Assembly: GCA_035455565.1 (NCBI GenBank)
Contig: DATIEU010000251.1
Coordinates: 1 to 46,636 of the forward strand
Length of the DNA: 46,636 nt
Direction of reading: 5' to 3'
Source: Steroidobacteraceae bacterium
GTDB lineage: Bacteria; Pseudomonadota; Gammaproteobacteria; Steroidobacterales; Steroidobacteraceae
Made by a program: the position numbers and the translations under genes. The notes under the pieces were generated by a model. It made no database searches and was not told the DNA's origin. It saw only the letters and a program-made list of their open reading frames with translations. The stretch's first letter is position 1. Every line of letters starts with the position of its first letter. Shown piece by piece: positions 1-8,539 of this stretch.

Positions 1-1853
1 TTGCCGCGCAGCGGCCGGTCGAGCACTTCGACGTTCCAGTCGAGTTGCACGTAACCGCCGCTATCTTCTTCCTTGACGGTGTTGTTGTTGCCGAGCGCGG
101 GTGTGATGCTGAGCGGGAACAGGTTCGGGTCGTACAGGCCGAACAGGCTGGCGGCTGCATTGATGTCCGGTGTGAGCCAGCTGGTCGGCGTGCCACCCGG
201 CACGCCCAGTCCGTTGCCGAACGTGGTCGTGCTGCTGTAGGACGCCACCGGTGTCGCCGCGACGTTCGGCGGGATCACCGTCTCCGAGGGGCGTCGCGCT
301 TCGGTCGTTACGAACTCGTACTCTTTCCACTGCGGGCCCGCCTTCAGCGAGAAGGTCTCCGACATGACGAAGTCGACGTCGAACGAGACCGTCTTGAAGG
401 TGTTGAGCGTGCTCTGCGGCCGCAGCCGGATCTGCGACAACGTCCAGGTCGCCGGGTTGGTGACGTCGTTCGTGCCGTAATTGATCATTGGCAGCCGGTC
501 GTCGCCGCGATAGTCGAACGTGTAACCGTCGATGTTGTTGGCGTCGAAGAGCAGTGTCGTCTGTACCGGGTTGTCGTGATTCGACTGGGCAGCGCCCGCC
601 AGGCCATGCAGACGGAATGTGTCTGAGAAGCTGTGCGTTACATCCAGCGTTCCCTGGTAGAACTTTGTCTCGAGTTCGTCGAAGCGCGCCTCGGAGCGGA
701 TGTCGACGTCGTCGAACACGCCATAGACGAGTGTGTTGTTGGCGCCAATCTCGGCGGCCTGAACGTCGACGTCGTTGATGCCCGCCATGCCGTTGGTGCT
801 GAACACCTGCGATTCCAGGAAGATTTCGCTGCGTTCGGCCTTGAACTCCGAATAGAGCACATCGAAATTGATTAACGTCGCATCGGTCGGCTGGAACTGC
901 AGTGAGCCCGTCAGGCCGATGCGCTCCTGCTCGTGCTCGTATTTGTCGTAGCGCGGAATGCGGGGACGGAACGCTGCGTTGATTTGCGACAGCGTGGCCG
1001 TGGAACCGCTCCCGGCGTAGTTCGCCCCGAGCGCGCCGAAACAGCCCGCGCCCACCGCTGCCGGTGGCACGGGACAGGCACCGCTGTCCTGCCAGCGCAC
1101 GGTGCTCGAGCCTTCGTCGAGAAGCTGGCGATCGGTGTAGGCGGCGGACAACAACGCGCCCCACTTGCCGTCCCCGAAGGTGTTGCTGACCATCACCGAG
1201 CCGCGCGGGCTCACGTCCTCGGATACGTCGTTGTATCCACCCTGCACCTGCGTGAGGAACGTGAAGCCGTTGTAGTCGAAGGGGCGACCGGTGCGAAGGT
1301 CAACCGTCGCGCCGACCGAGCCTTCTTCCACTTCCGCGGAAGCAGTCTTGCGCACGGTGATGTTGTTGAAGAGCTCGGACGCGAACGTGTTGAAGTCGAA
1401 GTTGCGGCCACGATTGGTGCCGCCGGCGGCATCGGTGCCGCCGTTGGTGGTGAGGGCTTCGATGCCGTTGATACGCACGCGCGTGAATTGCGGACCGAGA
1501 CCGCGCACCGTGACCTGCCGGCCTTCGCCGGCGTCACGCGCAATCGAAACGCCAGGCACGCGCTGAATCGCTTCGGCGAGATTGAGATCGGGGAAGTCGG
1601 CGATGTCCTCCGCGACGATCATGTCGATCGCGGAAGCGGCCTTCTGTTTTTGATCGAGCGCGATGGCCAGACTCTGGCGGTAGGCGGTGACGACGACTTC
1701 GCCGAGCTCCGGGCTTCCGGCGGCGGCTGATTCGCCCTGCGGTGCTTGAGGTGCGGTGTCCTGCGCGATGGCGACACCGGTAAACGTCAGGAAACTTGCG
1801 AGCGATCCCAGCAGGACGCGGCTCAACCGCAGCCTGGGAATGAGGTGCAACAT
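1..1853 (-). CDS. TonB-dependent outer-membrane receptor (N-terminal ~617 codons; the C-terminal barrel continues past the window start)
   Basis: Absent from the ORF track because it has no in-window stop. The reverse complement from ATG at 1853 reads MLHLIPRLRLSRVLLGSLASFLTFTGVAIAQD (signal peptide), then ELGEVVVTAYRQS (TonB-box-like), then AEDIADFPDLNLAEAIQRVPGVSIARDAGEGRQVTVRGLGPQFTRVRINGIE (plug domain). The same frame at nt 3-59 reads GGYVQLDWNVEVLDRPLRG, which is barrel-like. None of the listed minus-strand ORFs in 1-1853 share this frame. Confidence 0.85.
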   Translation of the reverse strand, partial: MLHLIPRLRLSRVLLGSLASFLTFTGVAIAQDTAPQAPQGESAAAGSPELGEVVVTAYRQSLAIALDQKQKAASAIDMIVAEDIADFPDLNLAEAIQRVPGVSIARDAGEGRQVTVRGLGPQFTRVRINGIEALTTNGGTDAAGGTNRGRNFDFNTFASELFNNITVRKTASAEVEEGSVGATVDLRTGRPFDYNGFTFLTQVQGGYNDVSEDVSPRGSVMVSNTFGDGKWGALLSAAYTDRQLLDEGSSTVRWQDSGACPVPPAAVGAGCFGALGANYAGSGSTATLSQINAAFRPRIPRYDKYEHEQERIGLTGSLQFQPTDATLINFDVLYSEFKAERSEIFLESQVFSTNGMAGINDVDVQAAEIGANNTLVYGVFDDVDIRSEARFDELETKFYQGTLDVTHSFSDTFRLHGLAGAAQSNHDNPVQTTLLFDANNIDGYTFDYRGDDRLPMINYGTNDVTNPATWTLSQIRLRPQSTLNTFKTVSFDVDFVMSETFSLKAGPQWKEYEFVTTEARRPSETVIPPNVAATPVASYSSTTTFGNGLGVPGGTPTSWLTPDINAAASLFGLYDPNLFPLSITPALGNNNTVKEEDSGGYVQLDWNVEVLDRPLRG

Positions 1854-1892
1854 TTGAGTAATCCCCCCTCGTTGCGCGGCTTCAGGTATTCT

Positions 1893-1910
1893 CCTGACAC
1901 CGGTAGCATT
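1893..1910. promoter_or_regulatory. Operator-like site 1 (ccTGACACCGGTAGCATT) in the receptor/eda divergent intergenic region
   Basis: One of two near-identical copies of TGACACCGGTrGCATT(t)CGCG. It lies about 40 bp upstream of the receptor start codon at 1853. Confidence 0.35.
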
Positions 1911-1926
1911 TCGCGTCGAGCGGAAA

Positions 1927-1944
1927 AATGACACCGGTGGCATT
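1927..1944. promoter_or_regulatory. Operator-like site 2 (AATGACACCGGTGGCATT), 16/18 palindromic with a central CCGG
   Basis: Its reverse complement is AATGCCACCGGTGTCATT, so only 2 positions break dyad symmetry. The centres of sites 1 and 2 are 34 bp apart. The TG..CG..CA layout resembles LacI-family operators. No regulator gene is present in the window. Confidence 0.35.
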
Positions 1945-2104
1945 CGCGAGGCTATCAGAGGTCGAGCATCGTCGGCAATATGCGTCGTGCATGCGCAACA
2001 GTGATGCGGCGCGACTGCGAAACGAGCCTCCTCGACTGTTGGCTCCAACCGCCGCGAGCAAGCCGGGAAAGAGTGCGTGTTATGTTCATCGGGGGAGGGT
2101 TGGG

Positions 2105-2776
2105 ATGAGTAAAGACCGCATGGCAGTCCTGGCGGCGATGATCGACCAGGGGGTGGTCCCGGTCTTCTATCACGCCGACGCCGAGGTCTGCCGCCAGGTG
2201 ATCCAGGCGTGCGCGAACGGCGGGGCCAAGTGCGTCGAGTTCACCAACCGTGGCGACTTCGCGGCGCATGTCTTTCTCGAGATTGCGCGCCACTTCGCGA
2301 CCGCAGATCCCAGCGTAATCATGGGGGTGGGCTCGGTCGTCGATGCGCCGACGGCGGGTCTGTACATCGCCAGCGGTGCGAGGTTCGTGGTCGGGCCGGT
2401 GCTCAATCCGGACGTCGCCAAGGTGTGCAACCGCCGCAAGATCCCCTATAGCCCCGGCTGCGGCAGCGCCACCGAAATCAGCCAGGCCGAGGAGCTGGGC
2501 TGCGAGATCGTCAAGATCTTCCCTGGCGGCTCGGTCGGCGGTCCCGACTTCGTCAAAGCCATCCTCGGTCCGTGCCCCTGGACCCGCATCATGCCGACCG
2601 GTGGGGTGGACAGCACCGAAGAGTCGCTGCGCAAATGGTTCGAGGCCGGCGTGGCGTGCGTCGGCATGGGTACCAACCTGATCACGAAGGAATTGCTGAG
2701 CAAGCACGACTACGCCGGTATCGAGGCCAAGGTCCGCGCCACGATCAAGCTGATCCGGGCCATCCGGGGCAAGTGA
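2105..2776 (+). CDS. eda: KDPG/KHG aldolase (2-dehydro-3-deoxy-phosphogluconate / 4-hydroxy-2-oxoglutarate aldolase family)
   Basis: This is the internal part of ORF 1928..2776. ATG at 2105 is preceded by GGGGAGGG. The protein MSKDRMAVLAAMIDQGVVPVFYH...CVEFTNRG...EIVKIFPGG...MPTGGV is typical of Eda-type class I aldolases. The upstream 59 codons look non-coding. Confidence 0.85.
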   Translation: MSKDRMAVLAAMIDQGVVPVFYHADAEVCRQVIQACANGGAKCVEFTNRGDFAAHVFLEIARHFATADPSVIMGVGSVVDAPTAGLYIASGARFVVGPVLNPDVAKVCNRRKIPYSPGCGSATEISQAEELGCEIVKIFPGGSVGGPDFVKAILGPCPWTRIMPTGGVDSTEESLRKWFEAGVACVGMGTNLITKELLSKHDYAGIEAKVRATIKLIRAIRGK

Positions 2777-2780
2777 ACCC

Positions 2781-3887
2781 ATGACCGACAACGTTCTGAC
2801 GATCCGGTCCACCGCGGATACGCGCTGGGATTGCGCGGCGCTCGGCGAGGTGATGCTGCGCTTCGATCCCGGCTTCGGCCGCGTGCGCAACACACGCAGC
2901 TTCCAGGTGTGGGAAGGCGGCGGCGAATACAACGTCGCACGCGCCATGCGCAAGTGCTGGGGCAAGCGCTCGACCGTCGTCACGGCGTTGCCGCAGAACG
3001 ATCTCGGCTGGCTGGTCGAAGACTTCATCATGCAGGGCGGCGTCGATACCTCGCACATCATATGGCGCGACTTCGACGGCATCGGCCGCAATACGCGCGT
3101 CGGCCTGAACTTCACCGAGAAAGGCTTCGGTGTGCGCGCGGCGCTCGGCTGTTCCGACCGCGGCCACTCGGCGGCCTCGCAGTTGCGACCGGGTGAAGTG
3201 AACTGGGAAAAACTCTTCGGCGAGGAAGGCGTGCGCTGGTTTCACACCGGCGGCATCTTCGCAGCGCTCGATACCGGCACGGCCGAGGCAGTCATCGAAG
3301 CGGTCGAGGTCGCACACAAGCACGGCACGATCGTGTCTTACGACCTGAACTATCGCGCCTCACTGTGGAAGAGCCGCGGCGGTCAGCCGGCGGCGCAGAA
3401 GGTGAACCGCGAGATCGCGCGCCACGTCGACGTCATGATCGGCAACGAAGAGGACTTCACGGCATGCCTCGGCTTCGCGGTCGAGGGGCTGGATGAGCAC
3501 ATCTCGAATATCGATCCGGCCAACTTCAGGAAGATGATCGCGTCCGCCGTGAAGGCGTTTCCCAACTTCAAAGTCGCCGCGACCACGCTACGCAATGCGA
3601 AGACTGCATCGTTCAACGACTGGGCTGCGATCCTCTACGCGGGCGGGCAGTTCTATCAGTCGGTAACGCGCGAGAATCTCGAGATCTACGACCGCGTCGG
3701 CGGCGGCGATGGCTTCGCTTCCGGACTGGCGTATGGATTCCTCGAAGGGAAGGGTCCGCAGGCCGCGGTCGAGTACGGCGCGGCGCACGGCGCGCTGGCC
3801 ATGACGACTCCTGGCGACACCTCGATGGTGAACGTCAAGGAGGTCGAAGCCATCATGAAGGGCAAGGGCGCGCGCGTCATACGCTGA
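2781..3887 (+). CDS. kdgK: PfkB-family sugar kinase, 2-dehydro-3-deoxygluconokinase-like
   Basis: 368-aa ORF starting 5 nt after eda. It carries a PfkB-type C-terminal motif (DRVGGGDGFASGLAYGFL) and the N-terminal GEVMLRFDP. Pairing with eda supports a KDG kinase role, but the symbol rests on context. Confidence 0.8.
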   Translation: MTDNVLTIRSTADTRWDCAALGEVMLRFDPGFGRVRNTRSFQVWEGGGEYNVARAMRKCWGKRSTVVTALPQNDLGWLVEDFIMQGGVDTSHIIWRDFDGIGRNTRVGLNFTEKGFGVRAALGCSDRGHSAASQLRPGEVNWEKLFGEEGVRWFHTGGIFAALDTGTAEAVIEAVEVAHKHGTIVSYDLNYRASLWKSRGGQPAAQKVNREIARHVDVMIGNEEDFTACLGFAVEGLDEHISNIDPANFRKMIASAVKAFPNFKVAATTLRNAKTASFNDWAAILYAGGQFYQSVTRENLEIYDRVGGGDGFASGLAYGFLEGKGPQAAVEYGAAHGALAMTTPGDTSMVNVKEVEAIMKGKGARVIR

Positions 3888-3899
3888 GGCGACAGCCGG

Positions 3900-4976
3900 T
3901 CACTCGCCGTCGCGAAACACCCAGGGCAGACTGCACTCCATCATCTTGTGCTCGGTCAGCGAGCCGATGAGCATGCGCTTGCCCAGCACTGCGGCGACGC
4001 TGCCCGCGGAAATCTCGCTGCCGTCGCTCATATAGATCTCAGTGATCCGGTCTTCCGTCTGCGGATCGGCGGCGATGCGGATGACCTGCGTCGGTGACAA
4101 CTCCTTCGGATCGCGCAAGTTGCGCATGAGCTGGATGGGACGCGGGTGCGCTGCTACCCAGATCGCACCGTCTTCGGCGATGCTGAGATTGTCACCGGCG
4201 TTGTAGATGTTCACGTTCTGGAAGAGCCTCAGGTCACCGCTCGCCGAATCGCGCGAATAGACGCGCAGTCGGTGAGCGTTTGCTTCGCTCACGTAAACCC
4301 GCCCGCCGTCCGCGCTCGCGGCAATGCCGGTGCCGAGCGCCACCGGTTCGCCGACCTCGCGCATCGTTGCACCGTCGTAGTAGACGATGCTCGCCGACGC
4401 CAGGCGCAATCCGAACTCGATCGCACGCCGCAAACCCGGTGGCGAGCCGAAAGTATTGACCAGGTAGAACTGGCGCGGACCGACGGCCACCAGGGCATTG
4501 GGATCGACGAGCCACGGATTGGTGATCGTTTCGCCGTGCGCGAAGGTCCCATCCTTCGCGCGCTCGAAGATCTCGACCGTGTGCGGCTTACCTGCGGCGT
4601 GGTTGATGACGAACAGGCGTTGTCCGCCGTCGGCGTCGGTGTAGAGGCTCAAGCCATGCGGCCGAAAACCTTCAGGTGCGCCCGAGACCGCAGGCGTGCG
4701 CGTCATGTGTGCGGAATTGAGATCCACCTTGACGATGGTGCCGGTGACGTCCTTGCCTTCGTACACCGCGCGCCGGTCGAGCACCGACAGATAGGCCGTG
4801 GCGGAGCTGCGATCGATCTGGATGTCTTCGGCGCTCCCGGCGAGCGGCACTGCTTTGCACGTGCCCGCGAAGTGCGGCGCGACTTCCCGGAACTGGCCCA
4901 GGTGGCGCAGGAACTCGAGCACCAGGATGGCCAGCAGCAGGATTGCGACAAGCAGGACCGGTACGAAGCGTCTCAT
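3900..4976 (-). CDS. Membrane-anchored six-bladed beta-propeller protein, paraoxonase/arylesterase or SMP-30/gluconolactonase-like
   Basis: ORF 3900..5351 trimmed to ATG at 4976 (MRRFVPVLLVAILLLAILVLEF, an N-terminal anchor). Motifs include PHGLSLYTDADGGQRLFVINH, GDNLSIAEDGAIWVAAHP and a C-terminal HKMMEC, which together read as PON-like. The upstream 125 codons are Arg-rich and overlap the DUF1800 promoter region. Confidence 0.6.
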   Translation of the reverse strand: MRRFVPVLLVAILLLAILVLEFLRHLGQFREVAPHFAGTCKAVPLAGSAEDIQIDRSSATAYLSVLDRRAVYEGKDVTGTIVKVDLNSAHMTRTPAVSGAPEGFRPHGLSLYTDADGGQRLFVINHAAGKPHTVEIFERAKDGTFAHGETITNPWLVDPNALVAVGPRQFYLVNTFGSPPGLRRAIEFGLRLASASIVYYDGATMREVGEPVALGTGIAASADGGRVYVSEANAHRLRVYSRDSASGDLRLFQNVNIYNAGDNLSIAEDGAIWVAAHPRPIQLMRNLRDPKELSPTQVIRIAADPQTEDRITEIYMSDGSEISAGSVAAVLGKRMLIGSLTEHKMMECSLPWVFRDGE

Positions 4977-5144
4977 GGCGTGCCTTTCGTTCAGGTGGGT
5001 GCACCGCCAACGTCCGTCGACGCTGACGCCAGACTGCGACAGCTTCCGTTCAGCATCGATCGTGTAGCTTATCGACGCGCGCTGCGGCTGCAACTCGAGT
5101 AGGGTTGAATGGTCAACATCGCCGGAATGGGAGGATGGTGATCG

Positions 5145-6797
5145 ATGATTCGCCGCACGGCACGAACGCTGCGTGCCAGCCTGCTGCTTCTCGGCAGCGC
5201 GGCGCTGACGGCGTGCGGTGGCGGCGGCGGTTCCGCAAGCCCGGCAGATAACAATAATCCGCCTCCGCCTCCACCCTCCGGCATCTCGAAGGCCGAGGCT
5301 TATCGTTTTCTCGATCAGGCGAGCTTCGGGCCGACCGAAGCCGACGCGCAACGCGTCATCGACCGCGGGTACGCGGCCTGGATCGACGAGCAGATAGCCT
5401 TGCCCGCATCACTCCAAGTGCCCTACATGCGCACGCTCACGCCGCCGGGCGGCGCGCTCACACCGAATGACCGGCTGGACGCGTGGTTTCGCAATGCGAC
5501 GCGCGGCCCAGACCAGTTGCGTCAGCGGGTAGCGTTCGCGCTCAGCGAGATCATGGTGGTTTCCGACCAGAGCGTGCTGGTCAATTTTCCGCTGGGTCTC
5601 GCCTACTACTACGACCTGCTGACGCAGAACGCCTTCGGCAATTTCCGCGAGCTCATGGAGGCGGTGACGCTCAACCCGTCGATGGGCGTGTACCTGAGCA
5701 TGCTCGGCAACGAGAAGCCCGACATCGCACGCAACATCCGCCCGGACGAGAACTATGCGCGCGAGCTGATGCAGCTCTTCACCATCGGCCTGGTGGAGCT
5801 CAACTCCGATGGCACCGAGAAGCTCGATGGCCAGGGCCAGCCGATACCGACCTATTCCCAGGAGATCATCGAGGGCTTCGCGCACGTGTACACCGGCTGG
5901 ACCTTCGGCGGATCGTTCGCGTTCCAGCTGCCGTCGTTCGACTTCATGCGGCCCATGCAGGCCTACCCGGCGTTTCACGCCACCGGTCTCAAGCGCGTCC
6001 TGCGCGGCGCGGTGATTCCCGGCGGGCAGTCGCCCGAGAAGGATCTGCAAGACGCGCTCGACAACATCTTCAGTCATCCGAATGTCGGTCCGTTCATCGC
6101 CAAGCGGCTCATCGAGCGCCTCACCTCGAGCAATCCATCGCCCGCCTATGTGCAGCGTGTGGCGGCGCGCTTCGACAACAATGGGTCCGGCGTGCGCGGC
6201 GACCTGGGCGCGGTGGTGCGCGCGATCCTCCTCGACGCGGAGGCGCGCGCCGCCCCGGTCACCGGGAGCGAAGGCAAGCTCAAGGAACCGCTGATTCGGC
6301 TGGTCGCGCTGTGGCGCGCGTTCGACGGCAAGGCCGCGAGCGGGCGGTACCTGATCGATCAACCGCAGGTGTTCTTCGGCCAGGCGCCGCTGCGCTCGCC
6401 ATCAGTGTTCAATTTCTTCAGTCCGGATTACCAGCCGACCGGCGAGATCGCCGATGCCGGCCTCGTGGCCCCGGAGATGGGGATCGTGACCGAGTACTCC
6501 GCGACCAACATCACCAACTACCTGCTGTTCTCGATCTATCTGCGCAACCAGGCGACGCCCGGCCTGGTGGCGGACGATATCTACATTGACATTGCTGCCG
6601 AGCAGCAGCTCGCCGGCACTCCCATGGCCATGGTCGATCGTCTCGATGAGAAGTTCACAGGCGGGCGGAGCTCCCAGGCCGTTAAGGCGCAAGCGGTGAC
6701 GATGGCCTCGCGCGCGCCGCTCAACAACCCGACGTTGCGCGTCGCGGAGGCCTTGTTCCTGATCGCCACCTCGCCGGAATACGCCGCGATGAGGTAG
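5145..6797 (+). CDS. DUF1800 family protein, predicted lipoprotein
   Basis: 550-aa ORF with GGGAGG upstream. Signal peptide plus lipobox (LLLLGSAALTACGGGG). The body is typical of DUF1800 (NFRELMEAVTLNPSMGVYLSMLGN...ENYARELMQLFTIG). Confidence 0.8.
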   Translation: MIRRTARTLRASLLLLGSAALTACGGGGGSASPADNNNPPPPPPSGISKAEAYRFLDQASFGPTEADAQRVIDRGYAAWIDEQIALPASLQVPYMRTLTPPGGALTPNDRLDAWFRNATRGPDQLRQRVAFALSEIMVVSDQSVLVNFPLGLAYYYDLLTQNAFGNFRELMEAVTLNPSMGVYLSMLGNEKPDIARNIRPDENYARELMQLFTIGLVELNSDGTEKLDGQGQPIPTYSQEIIEGFAHVYTGWTFGGSFAFQLPSFDFMRPMQAYPAFHATGLKRVLRGAVIPGGQSPEKDLQDALDNIFSHPNVGPFIAKRLIERLTSSNPSPAYVQRVAARFDNNGSGVRGDLGAVVRAILLDAEARAAPVTGSEGKLKEPLIRLVALWRAFDGKAASGRYLIDQPQVFFGQAPLRSPSVFNFFSPDYQPTGEIADAGLVAPEMGIVTEYSATNITNYLLFSIYLRNQATPGLVADDIYIDIAAEQQLAGTPMAMVDRLDEKFTGGRSSQAVKAQAVTMASRAPLNNPTLRVAEALFLIATSPEYAAMR

Positions 6798-6805
6798 CCC
6801 GGATC

Positions 6806-8164
6806 ATGAGCACACTCGATCGCAGGCGTTTCCTGGTGAATTCCGCTCTGGGTGTGGCGGGCATGAGCCTCGCCCATGTGCCGGGCGCCGTGCGCGCCGA
6901 GCTGATCGGCAGCAGCGCCGCATTCACCGACTATAAGGCGCTGGTCTGCGTCTTTCTTTTCGGCGGCAACGATTCGTTCAACATGGTCGTGCCGCGCAGC
7001 CTCGCCGAATACAACGTGTACGCGGCGTCCCGACAGAACCTGGCCGTCGCGCGCGACATTTTGTTGCCCATCGAGCCGCTGACGAGCGATGGCGCGCAGT
7101 ACGGATTGCATCCCGGCATGAGTGGCATGCGCGATCTCTTTGAGACCGGGCGCGCCGCGGTAATCGCCAACGTGGGTCCACTGATCCAGCCGACTACGCG
7201 TGATCAGTACCTCAACCATTCCGTGCCGGTGCCACCGCAACTCTTTTCGCATAACGATCAACAGGACCAGTGGCAGACGTTGCGCGGGCGGGCGGGCATC
7301 AAGACCGGCTGGGCGGGGCGGATTGCGGATGCGCTGGCCGCCGACACCGGAGCGCAGCAGATCGCGCTCAATATTTCGCTCAACGGCACCACGCCCTTCC
7401 AGGCAGGAGCACGGACCCTCCCGTACACGATCGGCACGACCGGTGCGCCCATCTACTTCGGCATGACGACGTCTCCCGAAGACCGGGAGCGGCGGGCCGC
7501 ATTCGAGACACTGCTGGGCGAGAACTGGTCGAGCATTTTCTCGCGCGCGTTTGCGCGCGTGAACCGTCGCGCGCTCGATACCGCCGATCTCGTCAACGCG
7601 GCGCTCGCCACCGCGCCCACGCTCGCGACGCCGTTTCCCGCTTCGCGGCTGGCGCAGCAGCTCGCGATGGTTGCGAAGCTGATCGCCGTGCGCGACGCAC
7701 TCGAGATGTCGCGCCAGATCTTCTTCGTGGCTGCAGGCGGCTTTGATACGCACGATAACCAGGTGGCGGACCAGCCGAACCTCCTGGCCGATGTCAGCGC
7801 GAGCGTCGCCGCCTTCCATGCGGCCACCATCGAGCTCGGCGTGGCAACCCAGGTCACCACGTTCACGCAGTCCGACTTCGGCCGCACGCTCACCAGCAAT
7901 GGCGATGGCACCGACCACGGTTGGGGAGGGCACCAGCTCGTCGCAGGTGACGCGGTGCGTGGGCGCGATATCTATGGGCGCATGCCGCGGCTCGAGATCG
8001 GCGGGCCGGACGATGCCGGTGCGGGACGAATCGTCCCGACCACCGCGGTGGACCAGTTTGCGGCCACCCTGGCGAAGTGGTTCGGCGTTGCGGAAACGCA
8101 GCTCGACCTGATCGCGCCCAACCTGCCCAACTTCGCGCAACGCGACCTGGGCTTTCTGACATAG
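6806..8164 (+). CDS. DUF1501 family protein (sulfatase/alkaline-phosphatase-like fold) with a Tat signal
   Basis: 452-aa ORF 8 nt after the DUF1800 gene. Twin-arginine leader MSTLDRRRFLVNSALGVAGMSLA. Motifs FLFGGNDSFNMVVP, GGFDTHDNQ and TDHGWGG are typical of DUF1501. Confidence 0.85.
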   Translation: MSTLDRRRFLVNSALGVAGMSLAHVPGAVRAELIGSSAAFTDYKALVCVFLFGGNDSFNMVVPRSLAEYNVYAASRQNLAVARDILLPIEPLTSDGAQYGLHPGMSGMRDLFETGRAAVIANVGPLIQPTTRDQYLNHSVPVPPQLFSHNDQQDQWQTLRGRAGIKTGWAGRIADALAADTGAQQIALNISLNGTTPFQAGARTLPYTIGTTGAPIYFGMTTSPEDRERRAAFETLLGENWSSIFSRAFARVNRRALDTADLVNAALATAPTLATPFPASRLAQQLAMVAKLIAVRDALEMSRQIFFVAAGGFDTHDNQVADQPNLLADVSASVAAFHAATIELGVATQVTTFTQSDFGRTLTSNGDGTDHGWGGHQLVAGDAVRGRDIYGRMPRLEIGGPDDAGAGRIVPTTAVDQFAATLAKWFGVAETQLDLIAPNLPNFAQRDLGFLT

Positions 8165-8227
8165 TCGGCAGCGGTGGTTTTACGGCCGGCGATTTGCCGT
8201 AGAATGGACGCCAGCACCCCGTCCCGG

Positions 8228-8539
8228 ATGTCAGCCGCCATGAACGTCACCGAGCAATTCTTCGACGACGCCTTTGGAAAGACCGTTGAGCTCGGCAACC
8301 GTCTCGCCGAAAAACACGACAACGCGGATCTCTGGGACATCGCCGATGGCCTGCTCGCGGGCGCCATCCAGTACTGGTTGTACTCGCGCCAGCCGTGCGG
8401 CAACCCGCGGTGCGAGGAGTGCCTGCCGATCAGCACCGCCGAAGGACGCGTGAGCGAGCTCAAGCGTCTCGCCGCGCAGTTCGCCGAGGAGAGCGAGTAC
8501 TATCACTCGCCTTCGGATTCCAACGTCGGGCGCGCCTAG
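8228..8539 (+). CDS. Small hypothetical protein (about 100 aa) with a CGNPRCEEC cysteine motif
   Basis: ORF 8174..8539, with likely start ATG 8228 or 8240 (MSAAMNVTEQFFDD...). Codon usage looks coding. I recognise no family. Its 3' end overlaps the pirin stop by 4 nt (convergent). Confidence 0.45.
   Translation: MSAAMNVTEQFFDDAFGKTVELGNRLAEKHDNADLWDIADGLLAGAIQYWLYSRQPCGNPRCEECLPISTAEGRVSELKRLAAQFAEESEYYHSPSDSNVGRA

Noticed and set aside
61-1730. ORFs 61..1164 (-) and 933..1730 (+) from the track
   Set aside because: Both are out of frame with, or antisense to, the TonB-dependent receptor frame, which starts at 1853 and stays open to the window edge. Their translations are Arg-rich and domain-less.
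3900-5351. Long N-terminal extensions offered by the ORF track (for example 3900..5351, 1928..2776, 24271..25107, 35230..36297, 38053..38667, 40482..40874, 40732..41307, 17464..19431)
   Set aside because: In each case an internal start codon with an RBS coincides with the family-typical N-terminus or a signal peptide. The extension is Arg/Pro-rich and often overlaps a neighbouring gene or its promoter.
6581-8140. 519-aa minus-strand ORF
   Set aside because: Antisense to the DUF1501 gene, which has a Tat leader and conserved metal-site motifs. No motifs are present in the minus frame.
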